Assembly (NCBI GenBank): GCA_051294905.1 | Contig: CM119372.1 | Location: forward strand, 36,952,001 to 37,016,000 | From: Botryllus schlosseri | Taxonomy: Eukaryota | Direction of reading: 5' to 3' | Length of the DNA stretch: 64,000 bases | In this document: one piece after another, positions 60,301-64,000 of the stretch | How positions within the stretch are numbered: position 1 is the stretch's first letter | How the letters are laid out: each line of letters starts with the position of its first letter | Program-made: the position numbers and the translations under genes | The notes under the pieces: generated by a model | Told to the model about the DNA's origin: nothing | Databases searched by the model: none | Seen by the model: only the letters and a program-made list of their open reading frames with translations

Positions 60301-61877
60301 ATTTTACGCCAAACACAATACCACTCAATTTTTATTTCATTGAAATATACTTAATTCACCTTTTGAAATCGGGTCTTCTGCGTTTCCCAACAGCACCATT
60401 TCCACGGCACCTATAAAGCGAATAATAACATTTCCCTGAAGAATAAAAGTTTTCACATTGAAATTACTGCATCTCTACTGTATATATACCTCTGTTTCTT
60501 CCATGATAGTCACTATTTTGCCATTCTCTTTCTTTATCCGAATTTCCGAATGCCCAAAGAATGGTCATGTCGCCATTCTGGGAGAGAAAGACATTTGAGT
60601 GGTTATCGTACTGGGAATATGGACATAATAAAAAAAGATGTACTTGTTCATGTATCAGTATAGAAGTGGAATGTTCAATATGATTGAAGAGGTCATATCG
60701 GTGGAAAAACACCAATACTGTAACAATGTACTGCAATATAGGTTTATATCTGATATCTCTTCGCTTGGGCTCTGCATTACATACGTTAATATATAATAAA
60801 TAACAATACGGCAGGGATTATTAAACGTTGAGTGTATAGGTTATATACAACGTATTTCAACGCAGAGGCGAAGGATATTGTGCTTGGCAAATTCTGCATG
60901 TACCGGACTAATCACCAAAAGTTCTCTATGGAATCTATTCTCGAAAACGTGATACGCAGGTCCTTTCAACGGTAAAGCTTAATCGCAACTGCAATACTGT
61001 ATACTTACAGTAATAGTCCTGTCGAAATTGTCATCCAATGTCAGCGACCTTGCCACGATAATTGAGGTATGTGTAGAGTTTTCCCTCGCGCTTATAATAT
61101 CAACATTTTGTTCCTGATCGATGGTCGGTGGCCCGTTGTATTGTGCGTGGCAATCCTTAACAACACATAGATTAGTAAGAAATGCCTTTGAAATGCAATA
61201 TATTTATTCGTGCCAACACGAAAACCTCGTATGGACATGAACATAGCCAAGGTACGGACATGACGTCTACAGATCTAAAGAATCAGGAAAGCTAAAGAGT
61301 ACAAATATATCATACGACAATGTCAATTACGACAATGTCAATTGTGACAATAGGGCGTTGCTGTTTTACTCTCATGGTGGTAGACTACCATAGTCATTTA
61401 TACCAGTGCCGTGCCTTTTCCCAATTTACAACCACTAACTTTCCATCTTGGTCCATATGTAACACACTACCTACGCAGATGGCGTGAGCCTAGATATCGG
61501 TCAGACTCAAACTCACGGCTCAATTGCATTGTGGCCGTTCATTTACCATTATGCTGTTTGAATCCTTAAAAGTAACATTAAGAATATTTTGAAGACTTAT
61601 AGGAATAATGGAGTGGTGTTTGCATGATTGCAGTAACAAAATGTGTAACAGTGCAATCAATAACAGTGAAAATATATTTTCATAATAGAAAAATGTGCAT
61701 CTCAGTTTCAATTCAATTGAAATTCATCCACCTTCCGTAAATATCAATCCTGACAAATCAACTTACCCAAAGGTAAGGTTCTCCATTACGCACTCCGCCA
61801 ATAATCAAATCTGCATTAGCCATGGTCTTCCCGACGCCAAATCCGATACCAACCCATCCCGCAGTAGGTGCTGTAAT
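42328..61877 (-). CDS. MOXD1: DBH-like copper monooxygenase (MOXD1-like) paralogue B: 2x DOMON + Cu monooxygenase domains + C-terminal hydrophobic anchor; exon 1 not found in the window
   Basis: Exons: E2 61767-61877, E3 61009-61155, E4 60490-60577, E5 60360-60410, E6 58798-58994 (acceptor slightly uncertain), E7 58624-58734, E8 56561-56710, E9 55714-55804, E10 55598-55648, E11 53571-53698, E12 52324-52398, E13 52064-52265, E14 51059-51222, E15 49743-49837, E16 48181-48337, E17 48005-48098, E18 47403-47542, E19 43471-43566, E20 42328-42513 (TGA). 2334 nt, open. Most exon lengths match paralogue A exactly (111,147,88,111,150,91,128,75,164,95,157,94,140). Motifs NVHHM, IEMHYDNP, FHSHLAGR, SEMC; C-terminus IMSGLAAAMVILILGAAVAVTRKT. 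Confidence 0.93.
44098..46767. mobile_element. Fold-back hAT (hATm-like) element with about 775-bp inverted arms, each encoding a transposase C-terminus
   Basis: Termini TAGGGTTGTTCAGAATTGACCGACTTT; TSD ATACACAG (44090-44097) / ATGCACAG (46768-46775). Arms about 44098-44875 and 45765-46767 (right arm interrupted by a MITE at 46326-46550). The homologous ORFs 44596-44796(-) and 45821-46102(+) resemble the VVNDxAER..LLQVVE C-terminal region. Confidence 0.8.
46326..46550. mobile_element. MITE family M1, short copy nested in the fold-back arm
   Basis: Reverse-complement match to 51479-51744; TSD CATATATG / CATATTTG. The empty site is visible in the opposite arm at about 44305-44320. Confidence 0.8.
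49272..49655 (-). mobile_element. tRNA-derived SINE, family 2 copy b, with an internal about 110-bp insertion
   Basis: Matches the 34358 copy on both sides of about 49390-49500. TSD TGTGGACGC at 49263-49271 and 49656-49664. Confidence 0.72.
51479..51744. mobile_element. MITE family M1, short copy
   Basis: CAGAAGTGGTC..GACCACCTCTG; perfect TSD CTCACTGA (51471-51478, 51745-51752). Confidence 0.8.
56907..57645. mobile_element. hAT-type MITE, same family as 33978-35160
   Basis: TAAGGCG../..AAAAAATCGCCCTA; perfect TSD CTCATCAC (56899-56906, 57646-57653). Internal reverse-complement match to 34100-35100; a partial copy is also at about 43840-44010. Confidence 0.78.
59167..60050. mobile_element. 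Second copy of the 29895-31250 family
   Basis: Shared CCACTCTCCGCA..GCTGGCAGCATGAAAA and GTCCTCGT.GA.ATT.TTGG..GGAAGATATTGATTTT blocks. Confidence 0.65.
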
Positions 61878-62729
61878 CTGCGACGATGATGTTTGAGGAT
61901 TGTAAAATGAATTTACACTGGAGCGACGTTTGTGGACGTTTTGGTGACAGCGCAGTATTTTCAATTGAATGAAACAACTACCAACACTCACCTTAAACGC
62001 GTTCATTCATCATACTGTGCATTGTGAACGAATAAAGTGAGCTTACTAGACTTTCACCATGGCGTTAGGCCTAAATAAGGCTATAGATTGTCAAATTGAT
62101 TCAGTACAACATTCAACTCTCATTCGAGATGGGAACGATTGATCACAGAGTTCATGAATTCCTGAATTGGTCAGTAACGAGTAACGAGGTACTTCTACAT
62201 TTTCAAAGTAAAATCCAGTAAGTTGTGTCCAATCGCACTGTTTACAAAAGTGTTTATATTTGTTGACTACTGCAAGTTCTACTTTTACATTTCATGGGCA
62301 TAGTTTATGCTATTTAAAGTTTTTATTAACGCTGCGCGCGATTTAGTGCAACGTATTTTGATATTAATATGAGGACCACTCACCGCCGTCGCAAAAAAAT
62401 GCAATCTAAAATAAATGAATATAACCACCATTTACTGAAATAAATCCAATTGTGATCGCGATTATAAGATAACGGTATATTCCTAGAGTTGGTAAAGGCC
62501 GTTCGGATGCTTTATTCAAAGACAGTTTTTTTTAAACCTGGGAGTTGTTTGCCTTTATTCTGGGGATCACGCAGATGTTGAACGTTATCAGCTTCCAAAA
62601 TAGGCGGCATGTCTGCGCAAGCTGACCTTTTTTAGTAATCAACCTAACAATCTTTCAGGTGGGCCGACGGTGGTCTGCTAAAACAGGTGTAACGTTAAAA
62701 AATAAGCCAAAGTCCACTTTTCCAGATTA

Positions 62730-63223
62730 GGTCAAGTCATGAGCTGCTAGGTATAATAGGTAATTGCTAGATTGCGGAACGGTAGTTTCAAACGTTATGG
62801 AGGCCATACTTAATGTGATGGAATATTTGGTATAGGCGACAATGCGGTGTGATCGGAACCACGCAACCCGGTATCTAAATTATATTCAGCGATACTTTCG
62901 TTAAAACACATTTGCCACTCTTTATCTACTGTGCGCGAAGCGCCACGAAAATTCTGGGTATTACATGACTTTTATGAAAATTAAATGTTGGTACTACGTG
63001 AAAACAGCCCCGAAATTCCTTGGGCTATCTTTCTTATTGGGGGATTTAACTACTTCTGCTTGACAAACTGAAAATATCGAAAAGTAAGTAAGTAGTTCAC
63101 AAAATATTACGAAGTAGAAGTAGAAGTAGCGAAAAAAGATATACTTGAGTAAGTATCAGAAGTAAAGGAAAACTACTTGAGTACTTCGAAAAAGTAGAAG
63201 TACTTCGTTACTGACCACCTCTG
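62730..63223 (-). repeat. M1 long-copy left half (reverse complement of about 21533-21900); a second degenerate M1 end starts at about 62162
   Basis: The reverse complement CAGAGGTGGTCAGTAACGAAGTACTTCTACTTTTTCGAAGTACTCAAG is collinear with 21533 onward. Confidence 0.7.
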
Positions 63224-64000
63224 ATTGTTCCATACCATACGTACAATTTTCCATACCATAGCAACATTCTTCCATATCAGATTTGATATTTTCTCCATAC
63301 TTTCCCAGCGGCCGACCTCTAAGATAATGCTCTCTGTTTGTGTATGGAAAATTTCTCAAGCGTTTAAATTTTAATTCTTTTGGATGAAATTACCCATTTA
63401 AACAGCCCTGATGCACCAGTTCCACCCCCGATTTCTTTGTGTCATATGTCAGCGATGTGGGTTGGCTAATCATCGAAGACGGTACGAAAAATATATGCGG
63501 GAATATTTGTCAATTACAGCAAAAGCGTATGACATGTCAAACTAATGTAGCAACGTATGACTAGCAGTGAAATGGAGAGAGCCTCTACAAAATTACAGAA
63601 AACAAACGTGTTGTCCCATTAGAATATATCGTAGAATACAATTATACATCGCTGCAATCATGCGAGGTTTTTCGACAGTGGTTAAAAATGTCCCATTCCT
63701 CAGCCAATGCGTGGGTCATACTCATTAGCTTCATTAGCCAGCATCAAGATGCCCACTATCCATTCTTTTATCAGAGATAATTAACAAATTTACGTGACGT
63801 TGCTTCAAGACGAGCTACATATTTTGAACTGCAATGCTTATGTCAAACAGATATTGCGGGATGATCACTCGAGCAAAGCGCTGAATATGACTTCCATGTT
63901 CAACTAATTGATATAAATATCCATGTAACTGCTACACTCACAGAGTCTACGATTTCAAAATTCCCTTTTGCAATTTACGGTGAGGAAGTGACGATAAGCG

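Noticed and set aside
61878-64000. Exon 1 (signal peptide) of gene B
   Set aside because: No signal-peptide exon ending in a phase-0 donor with a W..I.I-type DOMON start was found; it probably lies beyond the window.

Overview
AT-rich eukaryotic (invertebrate metazoan) genomic DNA. It has many short 58-82 bp introns and a dense transposon landscape; an ascidian-like source is plausible but not established. The window holds two tandem, same-strand (minus) paralogues of a DBH-like copper monooxygenase (MOXD1-like). I reconstructed both exon by exon by hand. Gene A: exons 1-18, 31422 down to 803; its last two exons fall off the left edge. Gene B: exons 2-20, 61877 down to the stop at 42328; exon 1 was not found in the window. 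Both keep all CuH/CuM ligands. Both carry TWO DOMON domains made by an internal five-exon duplication that predates the gene duplication. Intron 10 of gene A contains a nested stack: a hAT-type MITE, containing a tRNA-derived SINE, whose (TAA)n tail holds a full-length R4/Dong-clade RT-RLE retrotransposon with an intact 1229-aa ORF. Two SINE families share a central domain with covarying, pseudoknot-like pairing. Many hAT-type MITEs have clean 8-bp TSDs, including a fold-back element built from two transposase 3' ends. No rRNA, true tRNA gene or CRISPR array was seen. All protein-family calls come from motif recognition by eye; no database search was run.
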